From: Macrostomum lignano
Taxonomy: Eukaryota
Assembly (NCBI GenBank): GCA_002269645.1
Contig: NIVC01001053.1
Location: forward strand, 1-64,000
Reading direction: 5' to 3'
Length of the DNA: 64,000 nucleotides
Shown: one piece after another, positions 51,371-64,000 of the stretch
Layout of the letters: every line of letters begins with the position of its first letter
Position numbering within the stretch: the stretch's first letter is position 1
Program-made: the position numbers and the translations under genes
The notes under the pieces: generated by a model
Told to the model about the DNA's origin: nothing
Database searches by the model: none
Seen by the model: only the letters and a program-made list of their open reading frames with translations

Positions 51371-52383
51371 AATTTTTTTGATCCATCCATGACCATTGCA
51401 TATTTACATTTTAATAGTAGGGCCTAGCCTACAACATATATTTTAAATCTTCAATTTTTTATGATTGATATTTTTTAGAACTCTGTTTTTTGTTAGATCC
51501 AAGATAAAGCCAAAGACAAAGAAAGACAAAATAAATCATAAAGACTGACGAAGAAAAAAATGGGTTTGAAGCTTAGGCCAGGGCAGGCCTATCATTTTCC
51601 TGCCAATTCTAGGCCCCTAGTTCTGGAATTGGTAATTGGAATTATTCTGGTTCTAAAACCAATCTTCATGAAAAGCCTTTTAGGCCTATAAATAACCTGT
51701 AGCACTTCATTCGGTCAGGTCTTGAGGTGCACCGGTCTTGAAAATAAAAAAATAAAGAAATGTTAAACCTTTTAATTTAATCGAGCTCCAATTCCTATTT
51801 CGTCGACTTATTTATAAATTCGAATAAAGCACTAATTCGAATAGGCCTAGGCCCTAGGTTTGTAAAATTGTCAAGGTTTTTTTGTCGGGTAAATTTTTAT
51901 CAAGAAATTTTTTTTGGTCATCTCGTCTGCCGCCTTCCCGTCTGCCGTCAGACAAAACGACTTTTTAAAAAGAAAAAGTAAAATATAGCTAAATAACTGG
52001 TAAAGCTAATTTTCATAAAAAGATATTGCGAGTCATGCAAAGAGTCCTTGTAAGATGTCTTTTTGTATGCGTAGTTTTGTTTGTGGCAACATTTCAAAGA
52101 AGTATTATATTTAATTTAAACATGGACCGTTGAAAAATGTTATTGTATAAAAAACCGCAAAAAAACCCTATGTGGTCTTTCAAATTTTATATTTTATACA
52201 ATTTTGTTGTCATCTAATTAATATCTATATAATTTACTTTTATAACGTAAGGACTAAGCTGTTTTGTGCAATACCGCCAACTACATACATAAATTTTAAA
52301 ATTTCACGCAATACTCTTTTTAACTTCTTGCTTTTTCTTTCGCTTCGTTAATCGTCCAAGTTTCGTTAATGACTTACTTACTT

Positions 52384-52643
52384 GGGCCTTTTCATATTAC
52401 CAATTCCAGAACCAGAATCAGTTCGGAATTCCAAGAAAAACAGCAGTATAACTATTAAACTCTGTTAATATTTGACTGCCTTAACAACCTAACTTAGCAC
52501 AATTTTTCACTTTCTTCTTGGCCATTGTCATTCAATAATAAAAACTTTATAGTACGTATCTCCGTCTAGTTATGGAGACAAAAAGTTATACTTCACTAAT
52601 TGGTTCTGGTTCTGGAACCAGAGCAAGCAATATGAAAAGGCCC
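52384..52643. mobile_element. PIF/Harbinger (Tourist)-like MITE
   Basis: Perfect 15-bp TIR gggccttttcatatt; 3-bp flanks CTT on both sides. Confidence 0.75.
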
Positions 52644-53648
52644 CTTGACTTAGCTGCAGGGCTGTCCCGGAGAAGTTTCGTTAATAACATTTCCGCGTTT
52701 TTTCAAATACCATATTGCAAAACTCGTACTGAGTCAGAAAAGAGCTCACTGGTGTAGCTAAAATATATGAAGTCATGAATAGCTAAAACAGTTATGCAAA
52801 CTGAAACAGACATATCAGCAGTGTAATAAATCCGCTTTTCTTTTGTTTATTCATTTACTGTCTTTTTAATTTCCTATTTAATTAGCATTTAATTAGTATT
52901 TAATTAGTTTCCTATCTAATACCTATTTAAATCGTCGCTATTCGTTTAACGTTAAAGTTCTTTCGAAGTTCGTTTTTGTTCATTTTTCGTTCGTTTTTCA
53001 CGCTTTGAAATATTGCGCGCTTGCAAAATACTACATCTTTTTACAAAAAACGCTCTTTCAAATACCTTAATAATTTTACAAATATCGTAACTCGAATCGT
53101 AACTCGTGTAAAAATTTAACCTTTTGAACAAATTTAACCTTTTGAACTTAATCGTAATTAAACAACTAATGCTAAAATAACTTAAATACACAGAAATATA
53201 CTGGCCAAACAGGCTTCTTGCCTGAGCCAACTTACTACTACTACTACTACTACTTAATCGTAATTAAATAACTAATGCTATAATATATTGGCTAAACAAG
53301 GCTTCTTGCCTGAGCCAACTTACTACTACTACTACTACTTGTGACATGCAAAATGTGACATGTGTCCTGATGCAAAGCTTATTCATAATAAACAAAAAGT
53401 TAGTATATAGTAATATAGCCATATAGGTTGAATATTCTACGTTTGGTTGGGTCTTTTGAGTAGCCTAATAATATTTTTAGATGCACTTGTACTTTTAAAA
53501 ATGTTTTTGTTATCTTTTCTTTAATTATTTTTAAGATATAAAGTCCAGATATTTCCTTTTAATTTTATATACACATGAATAATAATTCATTGTGATGTAT
53601 TTAATATTTTGTTGGCAATGGCTAATAGGAAATGGGCAATGGCTGAGC

Positions 53649-53950
53649 CTAGAGTTCTAATATCGGAACCCATTTTCAATTTGTAATGGCTATTGATCTG
53701 GCAGTGGTATTCTAGTAGTGCAATTTATGGGTATAATATAGGCCCTAGCAGAAAAAATTTAATTATTAACAGGTAGTTGATGTTAAGATTTTGTTCAAGA
53801 TAAGCCTAAGATCAAAACAAAATGATGAGACTCAAAACAAGATACTTCTAATGTTTAAAGACTTTATTAGGCCTAGTAGATAACTGCCTATAGACGAAGA
53901 CTGCCAGATCCATAGCCATTAATAAACAGGTTCCAATGCCAGAACTCTAG
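53649..53950. mobile_element. Possible old hAT-like MITE
   Basis: Imperfect TIR ctagagttctaatatcggaacc / ggttccaatgccagaactctag; no TSD recognisable. Confidence 0.4.
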
Positions 53951-56900
53951 TCATTACTGATGAAATGATTGCATTGTATTTTTGTAGATAGAAGAGAGGT
54001 AGACAAACTAGAAGCAGATGAAATGGCCATCAACCCACAATTTATTTTTTTATGTTGTTTACCATTTCTAGTCCTAGGTTAAATTATAGTCTATAATGAA
54101 ATATTTAAGGTCAAACTAAGAATGAGAGAATGCAATAGGGGTCTCGTGCCCTATTTGTGACACCTGTGCTATGCTCTTTATCAGTAGTAAGTAAGAATGA
54201 GAGAAAGATCGCATTGAAGACATTAAATAACAATATTCAACAAATTACCATAGACAGATGAATTAATAATTAATAAATTTGATATATTCTAAGCAACAAG
54301 CCCGCATAGCAAAATTATATATCCAATAGAATAGAAACTTGGACATCTCTAATAGGCCTATGCGGCTATGCCTATATAATTTTTTAGTTGCAAGAACATC
54401 CTTGTTGATATATATCCAATCTTTATGATCCTCTAAAAGAAACTTGTTTCTACAAAATGGTAGACTAAATTAATAATTTAAATATTATTTGTTCACAATT
54501 TTTGTAGAAACAAGCTTCTTTAGAAGATCATAAAAATTGGATTCAGGGACATTGCAACTAGAAAAGTTACATATTGGAGATGTCTAACTTTTTATTAGAT
54601 TCATAATTTTGCTAGGCTTATTTGGGAATAATTAGCTATATTAGACATTATAAAACAGTAGAGCTAACAAATAACAAAGTATTTAGCATCAGACAGTTAG
54701 TTTATTAGTGCTTATTATTAGAATTTAAGGGTGCATTAATCAAAATATTTGTTGGCAAACATTGGTAATTATATACTTTATATACTAATTTGGGCTTGCT
54801 GCTTTATGATAGCACTAGCAGTTTCACTTGTAACTTATGTTCATCTTAGCTAGTATATAGTTGCAGAATTCTTTAGGATCTTATCAGTATCACGCTACAG
54901 CCTGCAGTCTCAAGTATAGTTAAAAATTTAATAATATTCTCTATAATTTTATTGGAACTATAGTTCACAAAGCTTAGTTTACCCAGAAAGTTCAGTTCAG
55001 CCAACAAGAACACCATCTAAACTATTGTCTGGTAGATTCTTCCAGTAGATTAAAAGCATTTTTCACTTATTTTTTTCTCTAACTCACTTCTTATGCCTAG
55101 TTCTTTAATTACTTAAAGAAAACATTTTAGTGACTATTTATCAACCTTCTCTCCTTGCAGACTTTAGACTAGTCTATAGGCTTTGCCTGAAACTCCATAA
55201 GAGCCATAGTCAGGATCATGGCATGCCTGCGCCAGAATAAATCTTATCAAAAAAGTTTGATTGCACTGTGCGCCAGAATAAATCCTAGTAAAAAGTTTGT
55301 TTGGGCCATGCACCAGAACTATTCTTATCAAAAAAGTTTGCTTGCACCATGTACCACAACTTTTTCAAAAAAGAACTAAAAATCTATCATTTTCCATTTG
55401 AAAAATACTAGTAAAACTTGTATTTGAATCTATTTCTTAAAAAATGCATTGATGTTACCATAAATTAATTAAAAAAGGCATCAATACATTGGCAATTTGT
55501 GGCAAACAAAAATGCTAATTAAAAGAAATTACATGCTAATTTTCTATCAAAGAAAATATTGTCTTGTCAGAAGCTTTTGTCTTATACCAAATTGTGCCAA
55601 TTTTTTGTCTTGCACTGTACTGCGCCAGATTTTTTTACCTTGCCTGCTGTTGTGCCAGAATGTGCCGGCACGTTGCATGTCTAACCCTCTTGCGCTGGAA
55701 TTTTCTGTGAAAAAGGCCATCTTCCATCCTGACCAAGGCACAAGAGAGCTTAGTGTCCTATTGAACCTACTATGTATATCTATTGGCACAAAATAATAAT
55801 ACCATTCCTTAATGGCGTGACTTAGAAATTGGTCATTTTTTCCTGGGTACACACTGACTGTTCCAAACTATGGTCCTATTCTCTTTGCTATTTCTCTTTT
55901 CTACCCTTCCTACCCTTCCTCTCCCCTACTATTCTTGCTAGCCATTCCTCTTTTCTTCTATTCTTCTTGCTATCTTTCTATTTTCTATCTATTCTTTTTT
56001 CTTCATGCATCTTCTTTGCTAATCTTCCCACACTTCCTAGGCTACCATTCCCCTCCTTCCCTATCCTCCTTGCCCTTCCCCTACTCTTCTATCCTCTTTG
56101 TCATTCCCCCTTACTTCCTAGGCCCAGCAAATTTAGTTTCATTGTTACAGAGATTGTTAGTGCAGATTGCTCAAATGCAAGCTGCAAAGGAGAAACATTA
56201 GCATCTGAGCATGCAAGACAACAAAAAACATTGCTTGGTTTCTATACTGAATAGACAATGCAAGCCAAAGATGGCATAGAAAATATTAGGATACATGAAA
56301 CTGAAACACCTATATGCAATTAAGCTTGCTTTGAGGAACATGTTAGTAATTTACTTGGACCTACTGTACTTGTACTATAATATTGTGGCATAGGCCTATA
56401 ATAAGTGTAGCTCATCAATAGATAGTTCCTTTGTTTCACTATCATTGAATGAGAAAAAAAAATATTTGCTATGAATGTGTGCAATAATTAGTATTGAAAA
56501 TTAGACAATGAAGCACAACAAATATGATAAACAAAATAAGGATAAACTGCAATTCACTATAAGGCAATTACACAACAAGTTATAATATTTTTTGAAAATT
56601 TCACAGTGAGACAAGAGACCTTACTGCTATGAAGCTTGATCTTTCCATGATGTCATTCATATTGAAGGTTTCCAAAATGATAATTTTGCCATCAGGGAAG
56701 CAAATAGTGTAGGATGTATTACCACCCAGTCTTTCTAGCTAAGATACCTTGATAAATGATAGATAGCATGACAATGAGAAAACTTCAGCAGAGTCAAGTA
56801 TTTTGCTTTATAAAATTCACATAAATATTGCAATTGCACCCTAAAAAACTAACAATGGGGAAGCAATTCTTCAAGGCACAACAGAAAAAGGGGAGTGCAA

Positions 56901-59657
56901 GACTTGTCATTTGTCAAGGGGATAGCTAGGAAGATAGGGAAGAAAATGGGGAAAACCTTTTAAAATCTTTTTAATCAATGCATTTATATCATACAATCAC
57001 TAGTATATACTATATACTCAAGCTTTTGACTCAATTTCCCTTATATAATCTTGTGGTCTTAAACAATTTCAAGATTTTTCCTATCTACAAACTTCTTGAG
57101 TCTGTCAATTTTGTAGCAAATTTGCAAACCCAATGCTCAGTTTGTGTGCTTTATCTGAAATGCATATTCAACTGAACAAATTGCAATTAGAAAATATATA
57201 TATAATGTCACTGTACCCCTATTGCTATTCTTGGCAATACATGTTCCAAGGTGAATTTTTGTGCAGCACTCAGCACTGCTGAAATGTTAAAATGACAAGA
57301 TAGATTTGAGTACTGCAAATTAATAAAATATCTTGAGCTGACTGACCATCATGCCTCATTTGACATTTTAGATTGTATTCAAAGTATCTAGCTAAACTTG
57401 GCAAGGCAAGTTTTACCCATTTTGATAGTATCAGTCAAGTTTGTGTCATTGTTGTATGCTAGGTTACAAAATAAATGCTTGAAATAAATCAGGCCCTGGG
57501 TGGCACCCAACCAGGTTCTAAAAAGCCTTAGGCAACTAGGAACTAGGCCCCTTGCTTCCCCCAGACCAAGAGAGTGTAAACCATATTCTACCAGAGGCAT
57601 AGACGCTCTACTGAAGCAGATATACCTCAGTAGCTCATATACTACAAAACTAGGTTTTGACCTCAAGCTCTATATACCATCAACAACTAGCCCACTTTAC
57701 CTATATTCTTATTCTACCTATCCCAGGGCCTAGGCCTAGGAAGGGAATGGCAAGGAGGATAGAAGAAATAGTAAAAAGGTTTGGTGGATAGCAAGGAGGA
57801 TGGGAATGGGCATTCAAATGAAGAGGCAGATTAAACATGGAACACACTTTATTTAAAATAGAAAAGGTTGTAAAGTATAATCAATAAATAGGTTGCCAAC
57901 CTACGAAGTAGCCATAACAACAAGTGGCTAGGCAAGGACCATTATTGCTGTCCTAAAATTGCACTTGGGATGCTAGCCCAGTCCCAGTGGAAGAAACACC
58001 TAAATATGTAGGTTGCTCTAAAATAGCCAGCAGAGCCCATACCAAAAAAAAGTTAAACAGCTCCCAAGAGCTAGCTCAAAAATTACATCTGCAATTATAT
58101 TAGCACTTGTTGCATTGATAGTAAAAGCGTCCAGAAGAAGCATCTAAGGTCCCAAAATTCAAGGCAGCAAAAAAACTGTAGCAATTCAGCATCTTTCCTT
58201 GTTTGCTTCATCAACAAAGCATGAAGACTCCATTTCCTTGATCAACTCTTAAAACTGTCAGTGTAAGATATGAGGATATCATCTGTTAGGAGGTAGAAAA
58301 ACCTTTCCTAGGAGACCGCTTTATAGGTTGCGGTATTGTTAAGTCCAGGAATATTTACTTTAAGAGTTCCAAAAGGTGCAACATGTTTTCAAGACTCATT
58401 TTGCTAAATGATGGGAAGTACCCACAAAATCTCTGTGAAAGTATCAGACTTGGTTCAATCATTTTCCATTGATTTTTGTGGCAGTCGCACTTTGTTGCAG
58501 TTGGATTGTTGGAAGATAACAATCTTCTGCATCGATATTTCTTGCATACTCTTCTTGTGTCACTCACTTTCAGCATGTGACTTTAGGGTTGTGACTCTCG
58601 TTGTCAGTCAAATGTCGAAATCACAAGCGCGATTGTATCTCTTTCATCCTTTTCCAAAGGAACAACAATGTCTTCTGTAATTTCCTTGTTGTATGATGAC
58701 TTAGTAGTCCTATAAGCTTATGGTTGTTCAGGGAAATTATAATAAAAATAATCTGGAATTCGTGATTATCATATATAATGAATTCCTGTCTGCAAATAGT
58801 TGTAAATAGAGTACGTAATTCTTATGTTTGTTGTTGTTAAACAAATGGGACTAAGGTATTATCCCTCGGGTCAGCCCTGGGTGGGCTCTGCCGATGTATT
58901 GTTTAATATAAATTTTAAATTGACAAAAATTTAGTACATGAAATAAAAAAATTTTCGAAAATTATTTATTATTTACATTTGGGTATAAAAAAAGTAGTAT
59001 TTGCACTGACTGCACTGAATAAAAAAGGGGGAATAATCTAAATAGTGGGGTCCTCACAAAGATTTGGAATTCTTATGTTTACAGCACTTAATTAAAAAAC
59101 CAGATAAGCGCAATATTTCCATGGTTGGAGCATAAAAGAAGCCAGACGCAAACACCGATGTGGTGGAGCAATGTGGGCTACAGAATAAAACCCCATAGAC
59201 AAGAGACAGTTTTAACGAATTTATTTTGATGCGAAAAGAGTAAATTTGATTAACAAAAACTAAACAGAAGAGAAGCAAAATTCTAATGGGTTAGTCAGCT
59301 TAATCCCTATCAAATCCCTGGGATTCGAATTTTTTGCTGGCATCTTAAAGAATTTGGGATAACCGTGTTCAGAACAAGATCACTTATCAAATCTACTCAT
59401 ATTAAGCATACAGAATCCAAAATCCTAAAATTCAAGGATCTTGACTTTGTATAGCAAAAATTTTATTATATGGCATAATATCCAATGAGATTTAAATCCT
59501 AGAATCTTCATTGCCAGGGATGTCAAAAGTAATTTTGATAACTTTTGAATCCTATCCAACCTGATGCACAATTTGCAACAATGCAACAGATTAAACTTGG
59601 TATTTGCTCAACAAAGATTAATACCATTGCATGCCTAGCTCTATCATTACTCGCTAA

Positions 59658-60293
59658 ATGAGGCCACTGACAGAAGACGAGACAAAGGCGGTATTTGAGA
59701 AGCTGTCAAAATTTATCGGTGACAGCCTGACAGCCCTGCTTAATCGTGCCGATCAGCAGTACTGCCTGCGGCTTCACCGCTGCCGGGTTTACTATGCCCC
59801 TGAGCCCACAATGAAACGAGCGGCCAATGTACAGCGAAAACAGCTACTCAGCTTCGGCACCTGTTTGGGCAAATTCACCAAGTCTAACAAGTTTCATTTG
59901 CAGGTTAGTTTCTTGTCACTTCCTCATTTATTTTTAAAATCTGTAAACCAGAATCGTAAATCAAAGAGCTTCTACGCCTTTATTCAATTGTAGGTTACCG
60001 CTCTGGATTTTCTCGCTCCTTATGCTAAGCATAAGATCTGGCTGAAGCCTTCGGCAGAGCAGCAGTTCCTATATGGGCATCACGTGACCAAAGCCGGCCT
60101 CGGCCGCATCACTGACGCAACGCCGCAATACGCAGGCCTGGTTGTGTACTCAATGAGCGATACTCCATTGGGATTCGGCGTTGCCGCCAAGTCTACGCTG
60201 CAGTCTCGCAAAGCCGATCCTATGGCGTTGGTGTGCTTCCATCAAGCTGACATTGGCGAGTATATTCGCAGCGAGGCTACTTTGTTTGGATAG
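59658..60293 (+). CDS. NIP7: 60S ribosome subunit biogenesis protein NIP7, 181 aa; exons 59658-59903 and 59994-60293
   Basis: [16 protein letters not shown]...GTCLGKFTK...[12 protein letters not shown]...[16 protein letters not shown]...[11 protein letters not shown]; phase-0 GT-AG intron of 90 bp. Confidence 0.97.
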
Positions 60294-60344
60294 GACTATA
60301 AGGACGCTTGCCTATTCTTGATTCTGTGTACAAGATTCGTTGTC

Positions 60345-60710
60345 TATGTTGAACTCAGCCCGCAGTGTTCGGGATTGGTTATGTCTATGGTAAACTCACC
60401 CCGCAGCGTGCAGGATTGGTTATGTCTATGGTAAACTCACCCCGCAGCGTGCAGGATTGGTTATGTCTATGGTAAATCTCCCCGCAGCGTGCAGGATTGG
60501 TTATCTCTATGGTAAACTCACCCCGCAGCGTACAGGATTGGTTATGTCTATAGTAAATCTCCCCGCAGCGTGCAGGATTGGTTATCTCTATGGTAAACTC
60601 ACCCCGCAGCGTACAGGATTGGTTATATCTATGGTAAATCTCCCCGCAGCGTGCAGGATGTTTGTCTATGTTGAACTCAACCCGCAGCGTTCAGGATTGG
60701 TTATGTCTAG
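60345..60710. repeat. 40/41-bp minisatellite downstream of the NIP7 stop, partly arranged as an 81-bp dimer
   Basis: gttatgtctatggtaaactcaccccgcagcgtgcaggattg alternating with an ...aaatctccccgc... variant. Confidence 0.93.
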
Positions 60711-61303
60711 GCTAGCTTTAATAAACTCGTGCCATTGCTAGGTTTTTTATCTTTTTCGTCTAAAGTCGAATAGAAATGTAATAAATTCTGTTCCTCTTTT
60801 AAAAGATATTGGATTAGCGCACATATATGAGGGTTCACCTCTAACTGAAGTCCATCTATGCACTTTAGGCTTGAGACCAGGATCAAGTCCCACGTCTTGT
60901 AATGTCATTAATTTTATTTTATCAATCTGCGTTTTGCGAGTTAAAATCTATTTAAGCATTTTTAAAAGTACATATGGTACTTTATCAGCGATTGAGAATA
61001 TGCTAAGGTGCATGAATAGGCTTTGTCGTGGACTTAAGAATGTAATAAATTGTACTGAAATTCATGCTTAATGATTGAAAAAAATAGTGTATTCAGCTGC
61101 GTTATTAACTTCGCCACATTATTGTTTTAAAATGTCCATGACTATGAGTTCACTCTACCTCACTTACCCAAGGTCATCTCAAGGTCACTTTGATTATAAT
61201 TAGTCATTACATATTGGCTCATAATATGATTATAAAAAGTTATGAAATAAGTTCTACATTCACAAACTTGACACTGGTGTTTTCAGTCTTTGTATGCCAA
61301 ACA

Positions 61304-62485
61304 ATGAGCAAAGATAGAAAGGAATCTGCCGAACAGGTGATGAAGGAGACACTGTTGGCTGAAATTCAGGTTTGTTATTACTATTTTGTTAAAATTTTCA
61401 GTAGTTGCTGACCAGTTAAAATTATATTAATTCTTCACAACGAGCGCGACTCCTTCGCTGAGGCAAGTCTACATACAAGCGCACCGATTCTGTACGCATG
61501 CACGCACTCGTGCACACGCTCACAAAGGGTGTACATCGGCCCTGACTTTCTAACCGTCAGGCATGTACAAGTAATGATAGTTATATAGATTAATTGCAAT
61601 TGTCCAGATGGCCAGATGTGCAACCGACAGCTATTTCGCGGCGCATCTGAAGGCTGCGTACGGGCGGTACGGCTGTTCAGTCCAAGGACCCGGATTCCCT
61701 ACACACATCCTCAATTATCCCAGCTAATGATTGTACCAATTTTACAGCTGGGTGAACTGAAGCAATGCAGAGTTGAGTGCCTTGCTCAAGGACACAAATT
61801 GTTCCGAGTGGGATCGGGAATCGAACCCCCGGCCTTCAAGTCGTGAGTCCGACGCCAATCTAACTACTAAGCTACAGCCCCCCCCCCCATAAAAAGTGCA
61901 TGCACAATATGTTTATCGGCGTTTTAAAAGTCGGATTAAGAGTAAGCTATACAAAATATTCTGATAATAATTGAATTTAACGCTTTTATTCACAGGCCAA
62001 TCAGGCTGACGCAATCGAGGCGGAAAATATTCTCACTAAAAAGCTGTCAATACTCAGTCTGGCTGTTAACAGTCTGAATAGGCAGACGTTTAATGGCTTG
62101 AACCCGATGGCAAGCATCTGCGACGCGGTAGGGTGTCCAACATGACTGTCAACATTTTTTAACCTGTGGATAAAAACTACAAATTAAGCAAAATACAATT
62201 ACAGGAAATGGTTAATATTATTGATTCAGCCGAATTACGCGACCATGAGGCTGCGGCTAATTTCCTCGCTCAGTCGCTGACTCTTGGCAGCCTGCTTTTT
62301 ACACAATCGGAGCCTGTTACTGTGGAATGCCTTAGCCTTAGGCAGTTTATATTTCATCAGTACTGGCTAGTCTGCGCTAATGTTAGTTTTACAGGGTAAG
62401 GCTACACTACACTAGTTTACAATTCTTTTATTTGCAGGTCCGTGAAGAACTCTTGTTAGCTGCCAATTTCCGAGAATTTCTGTGA
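61304..62485 (+). CDS. Uncharacterised multi-exon gene; exons 61304-61369, 61996-62127, 62205-62381, 62438-~62485 (3' structure uncertain)
   Basis: Phase-0 GT-AG joins give a continuous ORF MSKDRKESAEQVMKETLLAEIQ-ANQADAIEAENILTKK...-EMVNIIDSAELRDH...; no domain recognised. Confidence 0.55.
61575..61888 (-). mobile_element. CORE-type SINE copy 5 (intronic)
   Basis: Same tRNA-like head (ggttcgattcccgatcccac) and CORE block as the other copies. Confidence 0.85.
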
Positions 62486-62519
62486 AGTTTTAATTAATGT
62501 CATTTTGGCGCTCCCTTAA

Positions 62520-63260
62520 ATGCACAATGGCGCCAATAAACATTGGCGCTCTCTAACACACATTGGCGCTATCTAACACGCATTGAATCGCTCGACATAA
62601 CACACACTTAAGCCCCTAACACACGCATTGGCGCTCTGACACACATTGGTGCCATCCAACATATTTAATCTCTCTAACACATTGGCGCCCTCTAACACAC
62701 ATGGCGCCCTCTAACACACACATGGCGCTCTTTAACACACATTGGCGCCCTCTACACAGGCGCACCCTTATACACATATTTGCGCCCTTTAACACACACA
62801 TTGGTGCCCTCTAACACACACATGGCGCCCTTTAGCACACATTGGCGCCCTCTACACAGGCGCACCCTTATACACATATTTGTGCCCTTTAACACACACA
62901 TTGGTGCCCTCTAACACACACATGGCGCCCTTTAGCACACATTGGCGCCCTCTACACAGGCGCACCCTTATACACATATTTGTGCCCTTTAACACACACA
63001 TTGGTGCCCTCTAACACACACATGGCGCCCTTTAGCACACATTGGCGCCCTCTACACAGGCGCACCCTTATACACATATTTGTGCCCTTTAACACACACA
63101 TTGGTGCCCTCTAACACACACATGGCGCCCTTTAGCACACATTGGCGCCCTCTACACAGGCGCACCCTTATACACATATTTGTGCCCTTTAACACACACA
63201 TTGGTGCCCTCTAACACACATTGGCGCCCTCTTACACATGTACACTGGAGCCCCTAGCAC
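62520..63260. repeat. Higher-order repeat: 100-bp unit built from ~20-bp ggcgccctctaacacac subunits
   Basis: attggcgccc recurs at 62741, 62841, 62941, 63041 and 63141. Confidence 0.95.
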
Positions 63261-63515
63261 ACGTTTGTGTCCCTTACCACTGTGAACCCAATCTTACCAT
63301 TTACGAGTACATTAATTAAAGCTATACTTTACCATATTTACATATGCGACCTATCAGTTTCAATAGGCACGAATCCAAAATGACACTAAAACTTAAGTTC
63401 TCAGATGGGCACTCACTGATTACTACAGGTTACTACAGTAGTGTTTTAATACCCATACGGCAGGCAAAACTCCGGCACTAATCAGCACAATGGCCAGTTG
63501 TTAGCCTCTCTGCAG

Positions 63516-63816
63516 TTGTTGCCGTTGGCATCCAGCAGCGCAGAGGCCAGCAGTTACTTGTGGCACAGCTATGAGATCAGCATATCTGGTAGCGAACTCA
63601 GCGCTAGCGGCTGTTGTCGCCGCCTAATCGCATGGTGCCAACGGACTAGCGGCACCGATTGTTGTTGCCAGGCAACCATAGAGTTGCGCTTCAACAATTC
63701 GGAGTCAGATCGGTTTCATCGTCAACTGGGAGCGTTGCAATTGAATGCTGGTACTTTACTGAACTGCGATTGGCAGACTGTGCTGCTGCAGGAGGCAGCT
63801 GATATTACTCATAATT
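63516..63816 (+). CDS. Possible further coding exon (perhaps of the 61304 gene)
   Basis: Acceptor ctctctgcag, 100 open codons, GTAAGA donor at 63817; linkage to the upstream exons not established. Confidence 0.35.
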
Positions 63817-64000
63817 GTAAGATATTTCATTATTTTTACTCTGTGGTAAGAACTTACAGTAACACTACTGTTTTACTGTGTTAGCCATTCACCGTTTAGC
63901 GCAGACAGGTCGAATGGACTAAAGAGCAAGCAGTGTATGGCCTGTAACTCCACAAAGTGTCTATAGGAAGCCTTCGCTCTGCATGTGGGGGTTAGCTTTA

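Overview
Eukaryotic (invertebrate animal) genomic DNA. GC-rich exons sit in AT-rich, repeat-filled introns, a composition reminiscent of a flatworm such as Macrostomum (inference only). Recognisable genes are HSDL2 (minus strand, 5 exons, C-terminal AKL), RGP1 (minus, at least 3 exons, first exon not found) and NIP7 (plus, 2 exons). There are also three uncharacterised genes: a two-TM protein, a polyQ/coiled-coil protein, and a multi-exon gene after NIP7. HSDL2 and RGP1 each carry one 1-nt deletion in a short homopolymer at a conserved position (assembly error or pseudogenisation). The most striking feature is a 5'-truncated RNase H-bearing LINE inserted with a 12-bp TSD into a CAG/CAA polyglutamine-coding exon; removing it restores the frame exactly. 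The rest is a dense mobile-element landscape: five tRNA/CORE-SINE copies, Tc1 and mariner remnants, a Penelope remnant with a decayed hammerhead motif, a non-autonomous LTR element, two DINE-1/HINE-like units with satellite cores, several MITEs with clean TSDs, and many minisatellites. Splice-acceptor-like sites just upstream of several start codons in co-oriented genes hint at trans-splicing/operons. A sharp CpG-rich/CpG-poor mosaic suggests gene-body methylation.
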